Shown one piece after another: positions 51,544-62,376 of a DNA stretch of 64,000 bases. This DNA comes from an uncultured virus (IMG/VR IMGVR_UViG_3300031240_000004) (taxonomy: Duplodnaviria; Heunggongvirae; Uroviricota; Caudoviricetes). The DNA lies in the IMG/VR virus record IMGVR_UViG_3300031240_000004. The stretch is one strand, 5' to 3'. Every line of letters begins with the position of its first letter. The first letter of the stretch is position 1. The position numbers and the translations under genes were made by a program. The notes beneath the pieces are model-generated. The model ran no database searches. It saw only the letters and a list, made by a program, of their open reading frames with translations, and was not told the origin of the DNA.

Positions 51544-51791
51544 TGGCGCTTTCCCGTCACGCCAGCTGGTCCCGCGTCCGCCAGCGCGATCACGAGGGCC
51601 TTACTCCGATGGAGCGCAAGGTCGTCGACTACGAGCGGTCGGGCATGTCGCGGCCAGTGATTGCGGCCGTCACCGGGTTGGCCTCGAGCACGGTCGCTTA
51701 TCACATCTGGATGGCCCACCAGCGTGGTGCTCGGCTGCGCAATCCGATTCGGGAGCAGCCGCGCACGGCGCGAGCGAGCTTCGACAGGTGA
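51543..51791 (+). CDS. LuxR/sigma4-like HTH protein
   Basis: LTPMERKV..GMSRPVIA..GLASSTVAYH. Confidence 0.6.
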   Translation: MALSRHASWSRVRQRDHEGLTPMERKVVDYERSGMSRPVIAAVTGLASSTVAYHIWMAHQRGARLRNPIREQPRTARASFDR

Positions 51792-51873
51792 TGAGACCGC
51801 CCTCGGTCGCCGTCGAGAGAATGGTCTCTCGGCGCCGGCCGGGGGGCGACGAGGACTCGAGGAGGTACCTACC

Positions 51874-52629
51874 ATGGCTTTCAAGACGTATTGGGATTTA
51901 AGCGAGAAGGAGCGCGCCGCGCTGTCAGGCGAGGACGTCGATCGATTTGTCGCCGCCGAACTGATGCGACTCGGCGTATTGCAGGTCGCGCCGCTTGTGC
52001 TCGACCCCGAACCGAACGTCGTCGAGCCGGCCAAGAGGCTCTACTTTCAGGTCCAACACGGTCCCGAATATCCGCGCACCACGCTCGATCTTCTTTTCGA
52101 CGACGAGATCGATGCGCGCGAGTTCATCGAGAACGGCAACTTCCGCATCGTCAAGACCGAACGTCTCAACGATGACTGGTCGCAGAGGATCGAGGTTACC
52201 GAGACGCTCATGTTGCCGCGGCTGACCACGACCGAGGCGATTTCGGCTGACGACTTCCGAGAGGCGCGGACCGCACTCGAAAAGCGCTCAGCCATCCGCG
52301 CAGCCAACGACGAGCGCGAGGAGGAGTGGGTCAAAGAGAAGTCCAAGGAGGACGACGCCCTCAAGGGCATGTGGGCCGACTGGCAGCGGTGCCGCGGCCT
52401 CGACGCAGCCCACCGACGGGTGTCGACCACGCTCGACGCCTATGTCGCGACGGCGGGCGGGGATCGGGAGGTGGCGTTCCGCTTCCTTCGGAAGGCGTTC
52501 ACGGACCCGCAGATTGTCGCAGCGGCCGAGTGGTGCGGGTTCAAGGCGCCCGCTCCGTTCTACATGCGCGAAGACCGCATCGACGAGATTCACGCGGCGC
52601 AGCAGGCCGAGGATGCGAATGGCGGCTGA
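51874..52629 (+). CDS. Hypothetical phage protein
   Basis: Strong GGAGGT ribosome site; acidic helical protein. Confidence 0.55.
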   Translation: MAFKTYWDLSEKERAALSGEDVDRFVAAELMRLGVLQVAPLVLDPEPNVVEPAKRLYFQVQHGPEYPRTTLDLLFDDEIDAREFIENGNFRIVKTERLNDDWSQRIEVTETLMLPRLTTTEAISADDFREARTALEKRSAIRAANDEREEEWVKEKSKEDDALKGMWADWQRCRGLDAAHRRVSTTLDAYVATAGGDREVAFRFLRKAFTDPQIVAAAEWCGFKAPAPFYMREDRIDEIHAAQQAEDANGG

Positions 52630-53321
52630 CGAAGACCCCGTCCGAACGAGCTGCCCGACGCTGACTTGCGGCGTTCCGTTCTGGATACCTGGCCACATTT
52701 GGTCGCAGATCCGCTCGCGTGGCAAAGAGCGCGTCGTGTTCTGCCCGAATGGTCACGAGGTTGTTTGGTCGGAGACCAACGAAGACCGGCTTAAACGGCA
52801 GCTCGAGAGCGTGACCCGCGAGCGGGACGATGCCCGCGCAAGTTCGAACCGGTGGTACAGGACCGCGATCTACTGGAAGGGTCGCGCGCATCGAAAGGCT
52901 GGCGCGTGACCACCCGCCCCGCCGCCCAGCACTCGCCGATGACGCACGCGATCCTCGTCGGTCAATTCACGATCCGCCGGGTCGCGTCGGGCGCTCCGTG
53001 TCCCTGTGGCGGGGCGAAGGGCGAGCACGCGGAGCGGTGCCCGGTACTGGCAGCGTTCGCCGAAGATGAGTGGTCGCGGCGACAGGCGGACAAGGAGATC
53101 GATCATGGCTGAGACACCAACGAAGATTCAACCGCCGACGCGCGATCCGTTGCCGGCTATTTACCCGCTGGGACTCATTGAGGCGGCGTGCCGGGCAATC
53201 GAAGCGCTCAGGGACTACGGGTCGATGACCACGGAGATCGTCGAGATCAGGCAGTGCGCCGCCCGCATCATCCGTGACGGCCTGCGGTCGCACGAAGCTG
53301 CCGCGGCGGAGGGCCGGTCCC

Positions 53322-53771
53322 GTGGCTAGCCTTCTCGCTCTCACAGTTTGGCAACCCTGGGCTTCCCTTATTGCCTGGCCGCTCAAGCCGGTCGAGAACC
53401 GCACCTGGCGCGCGCCGTGGGTGCTCGGCAAGCGCATCGCAATCCATGCCGGCAACAAGTTCGACGAGGACGCCGCGCTCCACCTATCGGTCATGCCATG
53501 CCCGGTACCTGAAATCGTCCAACTATCCCGCAAGACCAAGGGCGCCATCGTATGCACGGCGGTAGTTGACAGGTTTGTTAATCGCGCCGACGTCGAAACG
53601 AATCTTCATGAGGAGTTTGCTCTCACGTCATACTTCACGTGGTTCTCCGGCCCCGTCGGCTGGGTGCTGCGCGACGTGCAGAAGTTCGATCCCGTGCCGT
53701 GCCGCGGGGCCCAGGGGCTCTGGACGGTGCCTCCCGATGTGCTGGCCCGCATCCCGGAGCACGCGCGGTGA
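53322..53771 (+). CDS. ASCH-domain protein
   Basis: ALTVWQPWASLI..KPVENRTW..IAIHAG..CRGAQGLW. Confidence 0.85.
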   Translation: MASLLALTVWQPWASLIAWPLKPVENRTWRAPWVLGKRIAIHAGNKFDEDAALHLSVMPCPVPEIVQLSRKTKGAIVCTAVVDRFVNRADVETNLHEEFALTSYFTWFSGPVGWVLRDVQKFDPVPCRGAQGLWTVPPDVLARIPEHAR

Positions 53772-54718
53772 AACGCTGCCGCTGCCTCGCAACCGCGCCG
53801 AAGAGGTGCGGCTGGCCGGCCAAGGCCAGTGGCTTCTGCGACATCTGCAATCTTCTTCACAGTTGCCTTCGTGAGCACCGATCCGCAGCCATCGCGGCGA
53901 TTTGGCGGGCGTGCTGGAAGCGGCGACCGCGAGCCTTTGGAGGTGCAATGTGAGGAAGCCGTCGGCACGATCGGTCGCTTGCAAGAAATGCGGAGCTGAG
54001 CCTGGGAAAGCATGTCGAACGCGCGCGGGCCGCACGTCATTTGGCGGTTTTCACACCGCTAGGCGCGAAGCGTTCGCCCCGCTGAAAGACTCGCTTCTCC
54101 GCCAACTCGCCCGCGATATCGTCGAGTCTTTCAGCTGCGGTTGCGCTGACACCGAGGATGGCGAGTGTCCGTGCGGCGGAGACGGCCCCGGCGACCTCGA
54201 AGGTTGCTGGCATTGCCAAGCCCGCGCCGCGCTGTCCGACGAAGATTCCCCCCAGCCCGCACCCGCGCCAGTTCCCGCTCCCACCCCAATCCCCGCCGGC
54301 GCGGGTGCGGCGATCGTCGAGGAAGGCAGGAAAGACTGATGTGCTACGACGGCGACTTCGACGATTGCTCCCTCTTCAGCGTGAACGTGCGGCGCGCCCG
54401 CAAGCGCCATCGGTGCGATGAATGCCGAGCGTTCGTCCTTCCCGGCGAAGACTATGCAAGAGCCTCGTGGCTCGGGCGTGACAGCGGATTTGATTCCAGC
54501 GTTCGCTGCGCTCAGTGCTACTTCCTGTGTCTCGCGATCGAGACGCTGATCTGCCATGACCACGGGGCCATTCCGTGGGGCGGTGGCTTCCTTCGCGAAG
54601 AACTCGACGAGCTCGGGGTGCTCTCGTCGAAGCGCGACGCCTGGGAAGGGAACGCCGATTTCATGTGGGCCGGCGACTTGTTCGACGCCGCTCGCTATCG
54701 ACTGCTGGAGCAAATCCA

Positions 54719-55201
54719 ATGACCGTCCCCGCTCACATCAGCGTCCCGCTCACTGGCCACTTCGATGCCACTCGTCGCGCTCGCGCCGAGCGCGGCGCCC
54801 GCGGCGCACACAAACGCTGGGGCACGCAACAACCGTGGTCCGCCTACGTGCTCCCCGCGGTCAAAAGCACCCGATGGATCGTCCGCTGGCGGCGCCGCGG
54901 GGGAAAATATCACCAGGGCTCGGTCGATACGCGCGAAGAGGCGGATGCGATCATCGCGGTCGTGAGCGCGGCGCTGCGGGCGGGCATCACGCCGCCGTCG
55001 CTGCCGAGGGGCCGCGCGAAGCCGGAAGGCGCGCAGACGTCGGTCAGATCGAACGATGAGATTGCGCAACGGCGGCTGGCGATGAGGAAGATCTTCGACA
55101 ACCCCGAGCGCTGCGAGGTCTGCACGATGCTCAAGCCCTGCTATCCCTGCACCGGTGACGTGCGCGCCGAGCTGCTGAGCGCGAGGAGGGGCGGCGAGTG
55201 A
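54719..55201 (+). CDS. Protein with AP2/arm-type DNA-binding-like segment
   Basis: RWIVRWRRRGGKYHQGSVDTREEAD; C-terminal Cys cluster. Confidence 0.45.
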   Translation: MTVPAHISVPLTGHFDATRRARAERGARGAHKRWGTQQPWSAYVLPAVKSTRWIVRWRRRGGKYHQGSVDTREEADAIIAVVSAALRAGITPPSLPRGRAKPEGAQTSVRSNDEIAQRRLAMRKIFDNPERCEVCTMLKPCYPCTGDVRAELLSARRGGE

Positions 55202-55518
55202 ACGCCATCGCCCCGCCTCCCAAGCGCCTGCCCGGGACCGGCACCGTCGGCTTTCACCGCGCGTCCAAGTCCTGGCGCTACCGCACGCCTGGCCGCGCCG
55301 GCGTGGAGGTCAACGGCTACGCATCTCGCGAGGCTGCCGAGAACGCACTCAACCATGCGCTGCGAGGCCTGCCCGAGGGTGGCCGGCGACAGATGCCGCT
55401 GCTCGTGCTGCGCGCGACCATGCGCTACGCGCTTGAGCTCGCGTTTCGGCTCGAGATCGACTTCGACGAGGAGCTGAGATTCATGCGCGCGATGCGCGCG
55501 AGGAGGGCAGGAACGTGA
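55198..55518 (+). CDS. Small arm-type DNA-binding-like protein
   Basis: GTGTVGF..SWRYR..GYASREAAENAL. Confidence 0.45.
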   Translation: MNAIAPPPKRLPGTGTVGFHRASKSWRYRTPGRAGVEVNGYASREAAENALNHALRGLPEGGRRQMPLLVLRATMRYALELAFRLEIDFDEELRFMRAMRARRAGT

Positions 55519-55958
55519 GCACGAAACGACCGAAGACCAAACAACTGCGCTGGAAGGCGCTCTCGACGTCCCTCGCGCCGGACCCGAAGATCTCCGAGGA
55601 CAGCGCCGAGTACGGCAAGCGCTTCGTCCTCGTCACGGTCCTGATCGACGAGCTCGGGCGGCTGTGGGAGCGAACTGGACGTGACGCGCCCGTGATGCTG
55701 GGCACGCCGAAGGGGTGAACGCGGAGTGGGGCGGATCTTCCCGTGTGTCGATTTTTGCGTCGCCGCGCGGTGCTGGTCGGTTTCGAAACAGGTTTCAGTT
55801 CCGTCGAGAACCGGGTGATCGGTTACGAACCCGGTAGGAAAGTGGCTCCAGACAGCACCTGATTCACACCGTTGTTGCGCCAGAAACATGGCGCGACGAT
55901 GCCCGCGCGGATGAGTGCGGGGATCCCAGAAGCGCGCGCAGGGGGTGCGCCTCTACGA

Positions 55959-56996
55959 ATGGACGAGGAAGAACTCATCGCGAAGGCGTTGCAAATTTTG
56001 CAGCGCCGCGCGTCCGGCACAGCCGCGCCGTCGATCACGGTGAGGCAGCTCTTCGACAAATATAAGGCGGCGAACCAATCGCGGAAGAGCTGGGAGACGA
56101 TCCGCGGCAAACTCTTGCCGTTCGTCGAGGCCTTGGGCGATCGCGACGTGATGGGCCTGCGGGTGCTCGACTGGAGCGACTATCGCGCTGAACGTGAGAA
56201 GCAGGAGATCCCGGTGGGAGCGCCAGGGCGCTTTCGCACGGCGCACACGATCAACCTCGAGCTCCAGTGGGTCAAAGCGATGTGTTCGTGGGCTGTCCTC
56301 CAGGGACGGATCCCGTTCAACCCTCTCTCGGCAGCCAAGAGTGTCCGCACCAAATCGAAGCGTTCAACTGCTCCAAACGAAGATGAAGTAGGGAGGCTAC
56401 TCATGCATGCAGACGACATTCTCAAGGTAGTGATTCTCTGCGCCGCGGACTCCGGCTTGCGCCGCGGTGAGATCCTCGGCTTGCGCTGGGAGTGGGTCGA
56501 TCGCGACGAGATGGTGATTCGGCTCCCGGCCTGGATCTGCAAGAGCGGCCGCGCGCGGACGGTGCCCCTCACGCAGCGGACGCTCGACGCGATGGACATC
56601 GTCCCGCGCCACCTCCGCAGCTCCTACGTGCTCACCAACCCGCGCACCGGCGACCAGTACTCCGACGTCACCATCAACAGCTGGTTTCGCGCCATGGCCG
56701 CGCGGAGCGGCGTCCAGGCGGCGCCGGGCGAGCGGGTCGTCATGCATTCGCTGAGGCACGGTTTCGCGACCAATGCCGTCCGCCGGGGCGTGAGACTCGA
56801 GGTCGTCTCAGAAATGCTCGGACACGCCAGCCTCGATCAGACGCGAGATTACATCGAGGTCGTCGACGTCGACGTCGCTGAAGGCCGCGCGATCTTCGAG
56901 GCCGGGATCGTGAAAGATCAGGCGCGCCGGGGTCCGAAACGGATCGAAAATGCAGAGCCGGCTAGCAACGAGAAGGCAAAAGGCAAGGGCGAGTGA
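55959..56996 (+). CDS. int: Tyrosine recombinase/integrase
   Basis: SGLRRGEILGLRW, KSGRAR, HSLRH, LGH and catalytic Tyr in TRDY. Confidence 0.93.
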   Translation: MDEEELIAKALQILQRRASGTAAPSITVRQLFDKYKAANQSRKSWETIRGKLLPFVEALGDRDVMGLRVLDWSDYRAEREKQEIPVGAPGRFRTAHTINLELQWVKAMCSWAVLQGRIPFNPLSAAKSVRTKSKRSTAPNEDEVGRLLMHADDILKVVILCAADSGLRRGEILGLRWEWVDRDEMVIRLPAWICKSGRARTVPLTQRTLDAMDIVPRHLRSSYVLTNPRTGDQYSDVTINSWFRAMAARSGVQAAPGERVVMHSLRHGFATNAVRRGVRLEVVSEMLGHASLDQTRDYIEVVDVDVAEGRAIFEAGIVKDQARRGPKRIENAEPASNEKAKGKGE

Positions 56997-57095
56997 AAAA
57001 TCTTTGGGTGTTACGACTTCGTCAATTCACGCGTCGATACAACACCTTACGTCAACTGTAAACAGTGTCGTATAAAGTAAGCAGCGATCCACCCG

Positions 57096-57123
57096 TTGAC
57101 AGAAAAATGACTGCGGATAAGCT
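57096..57123 (+). promoter_or_regulatory. Sigma70-type promoter candidate
   Basis: TTGACA-N16-TAAGCT in the AT-rich gap after the integrase. Confidence 0.5.
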
Positions 57124-57544
57124 GTTCTTGCTGGCCATGCCATCCACGAACCACGAAGACGCCGTCTCGCTCCTCGCACGCATGGCCAGCACCACACGTG
57201 AGTCGCAGCGGGACGTCGCCTTGGTGGTTCGCGGAATGGAGTAGCTCCATGTCACGCAGCAGGGTTACGCAGATGAGCCCCATCTGTGCACGAGGTACGG
57301 AAGGGTGCGGGGAACGTGCACCTTCCGGAAAGGCCGAATCGGCCAACACGGATGAGGTTCCGGTTTTCGTCAGCCGCGCGATTGCGCTGGGTTACGACCC
57401 GGCCGAGACGTGGGCCCTCTACCGCCGGCTGATCGCGACCGGCGCCGACGTGCGCGCCAGGCGTATTACCCCAGCGGGCGGGATGCGCCGGGCTGAGCGG
57501 CTCGCCATCGCAGTGGCGATTGCCAAGGCGGCGGGGGTCGCGCT

Positions 57545-58087
57545 GTGACGCTTGTCGATCGCTTCTGGTCGAAGGTTGACCGATCCGGCGGCCCTGACGC
57601 GTGCTGGCCGTGGATGGCGAAGGCCTCGCACGAGTTCGGCTATGGGATTTTCGCGGTGGGAAGCCGTCTGATCCCGGGGAGCCGGCGACGCCTCGGGGCA
57701 CATCGGGTTGCCTATGAACTGACGTTCGGGCCGATACCAGGCGGCCAACTGGTCAGACACGAGAAGTGCGGCCGCCCGAGATGCTGCAACCCCTTGCATT
57801 TGTCACTCGGCACTGAGCTGCAGAATTCGGCGGACATGATCAGGATGGGCCGCTCGCTTACGGGCGAGCGGAATCCACGCGCCAAACTCAACGCCGAGCA
57901 GGTGGCGTCCATTCGGGCCCGGATGGCCAACGGCGAGCACTATCGCACCCTGGCCGCCGAATACGCGATCACGCCCAACTACGTTCACCGAATCGCCCGG
58001 CGTGCGGCGTGGGCGCACGCCCCACGCCCCATCGACCCCACCGCCCTCGCGAACGCCATCCTCGACGCCGCGGAGTCACGCCCATGA
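57545..58087 (+). CDS. HNH homing endonuclease
   Basis: RFWSKVD..CWPW..GYG..AHRVAY..VRHEKCGRPRCCNPLHL..N. Confidence 0.88.
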   Translation: MTLVDRFWSKVDRSGGPDACWPWMAKASHEFGYGIFAVGSRLIPGSRRRLGAHRVAYELTFGPIPGGQLVRHEKCGRPRCCNPLHLSLGTELQNSADMIRMGRSLTGERNPRAKLNAEQVASIRARMANGEHYRTLAAEYAITPNYVHRIARRAAWAHAPRPIDPTALANAILDAAESRP

Positions 58088-60046
58088 CCCGCCGCCTCCT
58101 CGCCCTCCTGGTCTTCCTGGTCGCGGCGGCCGGGTGCGACGACATCTTCAGGGCGTGCCGAGATAGTTGCCGGCCTCGTCCGATGGCGAGCGCGTCGACT
58201 GGGACATGCGTCTGCTCCTCGACGTGTACCTCTTCGGACGGTGGCCAATGAGCCGCATCGTCATCACCGATCGCGAGCGGGTGGCCGTCGTGGCGCTGGA
58301 GCGAATCGCGGCGCGAGGGGTGACCTTCGACGCCGACGCGGCGCTGACCCACCGCGAAGACGACGTCGAATGCCCTGACCACATCGATCGGGCCGACTGC
58401 GACTGCGGGGACCAGAAGTGTCCCGAGTGCGGCCACCTCCAAATGGCCCTTGGTGTCTGCGCGAACCGCGATTGCCTGACCGCGATCGCCCGCGCCGCGC
58501 TTGATGAACTGCGGAGGGCGCCGTGACCCGCCTCTCCCTCCGCGACCTCCTTCTCGGCGCCTTCGCCGCGATCGTCTGCAGCCTGATCGGCGGGTACGCG
58601 ATCGCGTGGGCCGCGCTGGTGATTGGGGGGGCGCCGTGATTACCGCCGAGACAATGGCCGACGCGTTGCTGACCGGCGAGCGACGGCTAGACCTCGGCGA
58701 CGGCTGGTTCTCGAACGGCTACTTCGCCGTCCGCGGCGAGGAGTGGGCGAAACTCGGTAAGGAGAAGAAGCACAATGACTCGCCCGCGAAGTGGGCCGCT
58801 CTCGCCGATCGCGTTCCCGTCGCAGAGGATTTGTCGCTGCGAATCCCGGGAGTGCGGGGGAAAGAGAACTGTGACAGCTGCGGTGACGGAGCGTGCGAGT
58901 GCCACTGCGGCCACAAGCACGTGTGCCAGTCCTGCGACGGTGACGGTACGGTCGATGTCACCGAGGACATCGGTCAGATGGTGTTCGTCGGCGAGGGCGT
59001 CGAGACGGTCGTCAATCCGCTGCTCGGCGCGTTGCTAGAAGGTCTGACCGTCGTTCGGACGACGAACGATGACGCGGCCTGCGCGATGTTACTCGGGCTC
59101 GACGAGCACGGGGAGCTTGTCGCCGCCGTCATGCCGCTGCGCGGGAAGGTGCGTCGGCCGGAGACGAAGCCATGATTTGGCAGTCGCTCCGCGACAAGCT
59201 TGCGACCCGCGGCCCGCTCGGAATCGCCCGTGACGCCGCCGAGCTGGCGTTCGCCTGCACCGTCATTGGCGTCTACGAGCTCGCGCTGGCGGGCGGCGTG
59301 CTTGCCGGGCTCGTAGTTGCGCTGCCGGTTGCGGCGATTGTGCGGCTCACGCGGCCCTTCCGCGCGGCGCCGGTCTGCGGCTGCGTCAACTCGTTCGACG
59401 AGTGCCGGTGCGGCGCGGGGAGGGCGTCGTGATTGGCTCCCTGTCACACCGCCTGCGACTTCTCGGCAATTCGGTCATCCCCCAGCAAGCCGCGCTCGCC
59501 TGGCGGACGCTGACTGAGCGCGCTGCCAATGAGGTGCGTCGGTGAAGCTCGCCGACGTCGTCTCCATCTGCATCCGCACGCAGCGCCGGCGCCTCGGCCT
59601 CGCCGCTGACGCGCCCGTGCGCCCCGAAGACCGCGAGGCGATGGAGTCCGTGCTCGCCGTCGCCGCCGCCCACAACCCGTCGATCATGTCGCTGATCGAA
59701 GAAGCCAAGGGCGTTGCAGTCGCCGACGAGCTCCGCGCCCAGCGAGCCAAGCGCGAGCGGGCCGCGCTCGCCGAACGCGCCCGCCCCATCGTCGAGGCCG
59801 TCGCCCGCGAGGCGAGCGTCGCGACCGGCGGTGACGTCACGCCGGGGCTGCTGCTGGCGCGCACGGGCCGCGGGTGGCTCACGCAGTGGCGCCAGGAAGC
59901 GTGGACACGGCTCGCGCGGGCGGAGCTCACGCACGAGGAGATCGGGCTGCTCTTCGGGCGCGCCAAGTCGCAGGTCGGACGGGGGATTGCCCAGCGCGAG
60001 GAGCGGGTGCGCGCGGAGCGGACTGCGGAGGAAAGGACGGTGAACC

Positions 60047-61324
60047 ATGGCGCCTGAGACCAAGAAGAAGATCGAAAAGCTGACGAAGAAGCAGCAGGCG
60101 CAGCTCGCGCCGTTTCACGCCGAATGGCTCGCGTGGGGCACATCAACCGCCAGGGCGGACCGGGCGAAGGCCGAGGCGGCGATTCTGGCGATGCGCGCTG
60201 AAATCGGGAGCAAGACCAAGCCGATCTTCATTTGGTGCGACTCGCCAGCGACGTCACTGCTGGCGATGCATGTGATCAAGTCGCCGCAGTGGGCGAAGGC
60301 GATCGGCGGGCTCGAGTCGTCGCTCAGGTCGTCGCTCAGGTCGTCGCTCTGGTCGTCGCTCAGGTCGTCGCTCTGGTCGTCGCTCGGGTCGTCGCTCGAG
60401 TCGTCGCTCAGGTCGTCGCTCTGGTCGTCGCTCTGGTCGTCGCTCGAGTCGTCGCTCGGGTCGTCGCTCAGGTCGTCGCTCGGGTCGTCGCTCAGGTCGT
60501 CGCTCGGGTCGTCGCTCTGGTCGTCGCTCGGGTCGTCGCTCTGGTCGTCGCTCGAGTCGTCGCTCAGGTCGTCGCTCTGGTCGTCGCTCGGGTCGTCGCT
60601 CAGGTCGTCGCTCTGGTCGTCGCTCGGGCCGTCGCTCTGGTCGTCGCTCGAGTCGTCGCTCGGGTCGTCGCTCAGGTCGATCCTGAACGAGATCGGATAC
60701 CACTGGTGGGGTCAGCACGAATCCTACTGGATCGCGTTCTACCTCTTCTGCCGCGACGTGGTCGGCGTCAGCTATGACCCGCAGAAGTCTCGGCACTTGG
60801 ACCTCTGGCGCGACGTCGCTCAGTCCTGCTGCTGGTTGTGGTGCTTCGAGAACTATGTGATTTGCTCGGAGCGGCCAACGGTTGTCTCAATGGACGAGCG
60901 CAACGTTCTCCATTCCGAGACGGGGCCGGCTCTGGCGTTTGCTGATGGTTGGAAGGTTTACGCGTGGCGCGGGACCGTCGTTCCTGGTGAATGGATTGAG
61001 AGCAAGGCGACGCTTGACCCGTCCATTGCGCTGACCGATCCATCGGTCGAACGCCGTCGAGCCGCAGCGTCGATCATCGGCTGGGACAAGGTTCTTGGGA
61101 GCATTTCTAGCCGCGTGATCGACGAGGATGCTGATCCGCAGATCGGCACGTTACTCGAGGTCGACTTGCCCGACGCGGCTGGATCGAAATTCCTGAAGGT
61201 GCGTTGCGGGACGGGGCGAACGTTCGTGTTGCCTTGCCCTCGCGAGATGAAGACAGCGCTGGAGGCCAACGCGTGGACATTTGCCCTCGCTCCGGATGAG
61301 TTGCACTTGGAGGTAAGGACGTAA
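60047..61324 (+). CDS. DUF6745-like protein with internal tetrapeptide repeat
   Basis: IWCDSP, SSLx repeats, CWLW..ICSERP, LHSETGPALAFADGWKVYAWRG, NxExRR-like SVERRR. Confidence 0.7.
   Translation: MAPETKKKIEKLTKKQQAQLAPFHAEWLAWGTSTARADRAKAEAAILAMRAEIGSKTKPIFIWCDSPATSLLAMHVIKSPQWAKAIGGLESSLRSSLRSSLWSSLRSSLWSSLGSSLESSLRSSLWSSLWSSLESSLGSSLRSSLGSSLRSSLGSSLWSSLGSSLWSSLESSLRSSLWSSLGSSLRSSLWSSLGPSLWSSLESSLGSSLRSILNEIGYHWWGQHESYWIAFYLFCRDVVGVSYDPQKSRHLDLWRDVAQSCCWLWCFENYVICSERPTVVSMDERNVLHSETGPALAFADGWKVYAWRGTVVPGEWIESKATLDPSIALTDPSVERRRAAASIIGWDKVLGSISSRVIDEDADPQIGTLLEVDLPDAAGSKFLKVRCGTGRTFVLPCPREMKTALEANAWTFALAPDELHLEVRT
60317..60676 (+). repeat. 30 x 12-bp tandem repeat TCGTCGCTC-(AGG/TGG/GGG/GAG)
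   Basis: Counted from the translation; a single unit has CCG for TCG. Confidence 0.95.
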
Positions 61325-61788
61325 TGGCCGCCGCCGGGACATCAATTGCTGGCACGCCGCAATACGTTCAGGAACGCGTGCGCTTGGTTGAATCAGGATG
61401 CGCCGAGTGGACCAGCACGCTCAAGGATGGTTATGGCATGGCTGTAATCGGATATAAGGCGCACGGCCGCCCCGTCAGGCGCCCTGCACACGTTGTCGTC
61501 TATGAATGGTGGATCGGCAAGGTGCCGAGCGGCCTGGACCTGGATCATCTTTGCAGGAATCGCCGCTGCATCAATCCGCTTCATCTTGAGCCAGTGACGC
61601 GGAGAGAGAACGTTAGGCGGGGCGACCTGCCGCGGCTGATGGCTGACCCCTCATTTAGGCCACATCGCGAACCGATAGCGGTTTGCAAAAACGGGCACTC
61701 AATGGCCGGCGAGAACGTAGGACGTAACGAGAAGCGGCGATGGTGCCGCCCGTGCAAGACCGAATCAGCGAGAAGGAGACGAGCATGA
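61324..61788 (+). CDS. HNH endonuclease
   Basis: LDHLCRNRRCINPLHLEPVT..ENVRRG, CKNGH. Confidence 0.9.
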   Translation: MAAAGTSIAGTPQYVQERVRLVESGCAEWTSTLKDGYGMAVIGYKAHGRPVRRPAHVVVYEWWIGKVPSGLDLDHLCRNRRCINPLHLEPVTRRENVRRGDLPRLMADPSFRPHREPIAVCKNGHSMAGENVGRNEKRRWCRPCKTESARRRRA

Positions 61789-62141
61789 AGGCAATTGAGA
61801 AGATGGGCGCCCAAGGGGATGTGTTGTTCCGCAGGGTGGCATCGGTGCCAAAGGGCGCGGTGCGCGTGAAACGCAAAGGCCCGTTGGTCATCGCGTTCAG
61901 CGAAACACACCATCACCATACGGTCGACGATGCGAAGGTCACGCAGTTCGACGTCCCGGGCGACCCGCTCGTCTGCTATCTGCAGCTGGGAGACTCGGGC
62001 ATCGGCGGCGCTGACGTTGTCCATCAGCGCGCATGGGACACGCACGAGACGCTGCGCCTGCTCGGCGGTGCCGGCGACGTGTGGGAAGTGCGCAGGCAGC
62101 GCGAGTGGACGCCTGAGGGTTGGCGGCGCGTCCAGGACTAG
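61785..62141 (+). CDS. Conserved-type phage protein (QGDV...His-rich...RRQRE)
   Basis: AQGDV, SETHHHH, VVHQRAWDTH, VRRQREWTPEGWRRVQD; AAGGAG site. Confidence 0.55.
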   Translation: MKAIEKMGAQGDVLFRRVASVPKGAVRVKRKGPLVIAFSETHHHHTVDDAKVTQFDVPGDPLVCYLQLGDSGIGGADVVHQRAWDTHETLRLLGGAGDVWEVRRQREWTPEGWRRVQD

Positions 62142-62376
62142 TCATGGCTGAGACGCAAGATGACTTGGAGCTGCTCCGCGACGCCGCGCGCGAGGTCAGC
62201 GAGCGAGAGACGCCGCGGTCGAAGGTGCGGTTTGGCGCGAAGCCGAGCGGACTGCACGACGACCGGTTCGTGAGCAACAAGCCGGCGCCAGCGCCTCGCG
62301 GGCCCGAGACCGAGAAGCTGCTTGACTGGGCGAAGGAGAGGCGCAGGGCGCGGGCCAAGGAAGAGAGGTCGCGGCG

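Noticed and set aside
60232..60796. 12-bp repeat as a CRISPR array, or the alternative-frame ORFs (VVAQ.., RRPE..) as genes
   Set aside because: No spacers and no cas genes; the repeat is in frame in a protein with sensible flanks, and the other frames are open only because the unit has no stop
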